Source of the DNA: Methanosalsum zhilinae DSM 4017
GTDB lineage: Archaea; Halobacteriota; Methanosarcinia; Methanosarcinales; Methanosarcinaceae
Reading direction: 5' to 3'
Assembly: GCF_000217995.1 (NCBI RefSeq)
Contig: NC_015676.1
Location: forward strand, 256,103 to 288,102
Length of the DNA: 32,000 bases
The notes below the pieces were generated by a model, which worked only from the letters and a program-made list of their open reading frames with translations, ran no database searches and was not told the origin of the DNA. Every line of letters begins with the position of its first letter. Positions within the stretch are counted from its first letter, which is position 1. The translations under genes and the position numbers were made by a program. Below, piece by piece: positions 30,578-32,000 of the stretch.

Positions 30578-31220
30578 GATGTTGCCTCTGTAATGCAGAT
30601 TCAAATTTTGTCATGGATTCTTCTAACTTTTGCTGTCCCAACGCATTTGTAATATCCCCTGATGTACGCTCGATCAATGGGCGGATCCTGTCGGTCTTAT
30701 GTCTGAGTCCTTTTACGATCACATCAGGATAATCAAACATGATCAAAACTGAATATATATCTTCCATTAAATTGAGATATATCTCGCTTTCCTGTGCAGT
30801 GCCTCTACGTATCATGGATAATATATGTCTTCTAAGTTCACCAGGAATGTCTGCCAGCCCATTAAGGTATGCTGCATAACTGACATTGAGATCTTCGGGA
30901 GAAGGTACTGTTTCCAGGTCTGCTTTTTTATATATCAGTCTATAGAGAATACTGCATTCCACAAATTCCTGCTGGGCATGTTCTACAAATCCTCCATAAT
31001 AAACATCAGGATAGGATGTAAGTTTCTGATCAATTGAAGTCAGTAACTGAAGTGATTGATCAATATGGGAGAGGGCTGTGGTCGGTTCTTTTCTATGAAT
31101 TGCAAATATTGCTTTTCTGCAGTTTCGAACAACCTCTCGAGATATTGATATTGTACTATCCCGAGCATTCTCTTTTGCGTCCAGGTCTTTGAGAATCTTG
31201 CTTGTTATTTCATTGTTCAT
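30567..31220 (-). CDS. Translin-family protein (archaeal C3PO-like, COG2178)
   Basis: 217 aa, all-helical. Contains YLNGLADIPGELRR and an N-terminal REVVRNCRKAIFAIH pattern typical of archaeal translin-like proteins. Its stop overlaps the sepS start by 11 nt. Confidence 0.75.
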   Translation of the reverse strand: MNNEITSKILKDLDAKENARDSTISISREVVRNCRKAIFAIHRKEPTTALSHIDQSLQLLTSIDQKLTSYPDVYYGGFVEHAQQEFVECSILYRLIYKKADLETVPSPEDLNVSYAAYLNGLADIPGELRRHILSMIRRGTAQESEIYLNLMEDIYSVLIMFDYPDVIVKGLRHKTDRIRPLIERTSGDITNALGQQKLEESMTKFESALQRQHHEI

Positions 31221-31445
31221 TATATACGAAGAATATTTATAGGGTATATATAATACTGGTTACTTCTATCATATAAAATATCTTAGCTCTAATATAGAAT
31301 CAGATAGAAAACGATTATACAACTTTATATGGGATACAGCTGTTTTTTTAGATCATCAGAAATATCTTTATGTAAATCAAAAAAATGGACAGGACAGTTC
31401 TGATCATCCATGTGCACGTATAATTGTATCCCAGATAATGAACGT

Positions 31446-31718
31446 TCAGTCCTCATCAACTGGTATTGTTTCAAGCTGGCTTGCAACATTCCATATGAGA
31501 GTTCTGGTATGTAATGGAATGTTTGGATCATTGCTAAGATCTTCAAGTATTGATATACTGGATGCAGCCCTCATGAACAGAGGATCATTTTCATTATTCA
31601 GTATTTTCAGAACTTCGTTTGCGGATCGTCTTATGTTACGTGGAACTGAGTTATCGTTTGCTATGTGTTCTAGTACCTGTGTGGATTGTTTTATAACTTC
31701 TTCAACATCATCTGTCAT
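31446..31718 (-). CDS. UPF0147 family protein (COG1698)
   Basis: 90 aa from ATG at 31718 ([43 protein letters not shown]...[13 protein letters not shown]). The SD GGTGATC lies just upstream, so the GTG at 31727 in the track falls inside the SD. Confidence 0.8.
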   Translation of the reverse strand: MTDDVEEVIKQSTQVLEHIANDNSVPRNIRRSANEVLKILNNENDPLFMRAASSISILEDLSNDPNIPLHTRTLIWNVASQLETIPVDED

Positions 31719-31852
31719 ATAGATCACCTTAAAATAACTGTAGAGTAGAAAATAAGATTACTTAAAACATGTTTAAATAAGTATATGATATAAAAATACT
31801 TTTGTTTAGATCTCGATTATGGTATGTTTTATGTATGCTTATTAAGGAGGAA

Positions 31853-32000
31853 ATGAATTTGGTAAATCCTGAAGAAGAACAAGAAAATATCAAGAAAATA
31901 TCCAGACTGCTGGAAATGGGCGCAACAATGCTTGCACAACATTGTGAAGGTTGTGGTGCACCAATGTTTAGATACAGTGGTCAGGTTGTATGTCCTGTCT
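31853..32000 (+). CDS. UPF0148 / Sjogren-syndrome-autoantigen-1-like zinc-ribbon protein, 3'-truncated by window edge
   Basis: AAGGAGG lies 2 nt before the ATG at 31853. Translation is MNLVNPEEEQENIKKISRLLEMGATMLAQHCEGCGAPMFRYSGQVVCPV..., with a CxxC...CP zinc ribbon. Confidence 0.7.
   Translation, partial: MNLVNPEEEQENIKKISRLLEMGATMLAQHCEGCGAPMFRYSGQVVCPV

Noticed and set aside
31325-31546. 73-aa minus-strand ORF overlapping the 3' end of the UPF0147 gene (including a 28-aa Met-initiated tail, MDDQNCPVHFF...)
   Set aside because: It overlaps a well-supported gene by ~100 nt in another frame. It has no SD, and the remaining part sits in the promoter region of the translin operon.

Overview
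This is a core chromosomal region of a methanogenic archaeon, most likely Methanosarcinales/Methanosarcinaceae. The assignment is inferred from F420-dependent methylene-H4MPT dehydrogenase (mtd), O-phosphoseryl-tRNA synthetase (sepS), archaeosine tRNA-guanine transglycosylase, archaeal 16S termini (ATTCTGGTTGATCC...GGATCACCTCCT), and AT-rich coding DNA against GC-rich rRNA. The centre holds a complete rRNA operon, 16S - tRNA-Ala(UGC) - 23S - tRNA-Cys(GCA) - 5S, at about 9260-14354. I could pair its long pre-rRNA processing stems by eye. Left of it lie a truncated secreted DUF4198-like gene, family-B DNA polymerase, dihydroorotase, a KaiC-like ATPase, a membrane protein, and a divergent aIF1A-Rio1-KH(Dim2-like) operon. 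Right of it lie tgtA, a three-gene isoprenoid-type cassette (UbiA-family prenyltransferase, divergent geranylgeranyl-reductase-like flavoprotein, radical SAM/SPASM-like enzyme), a COG1340-like coiled-coil protein, serB and mtd. These are followed by a pyruvate-kinase-C-terminal-like protein, a PAC2/PbaA-like proteasome chaperone with a coupled small ORF, and two secreted surface proteins (one PKD, one PGF-pre-PGF-like). The window ends with a four-gene operon with overlapping junctions (translin-like, SepRS, endonuclease V, DUF169-like) and the UPF0147 and UPF0148 genes. I found no CRISPR array, IS element, integrase or recognisable defence gene, so the window is mostly housekeeping. The best candidate for an undescribed system is the UbiA/flavoprotein/radical-SAM cassette (16049-19364). 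The most unusual single observation is that the aIF1A gene has no in-frame ATG/GTG/TTG where homology requires a start, and instead has a Shine-Dalgarno-positioned CTG. Also notable are a tRNA-Cys T-arm copy overlapping the 5' end of 5S and a probable internal promoter for tRNA-Cys/5S. All family assignments come from motif recognition by eye. No searches were run.
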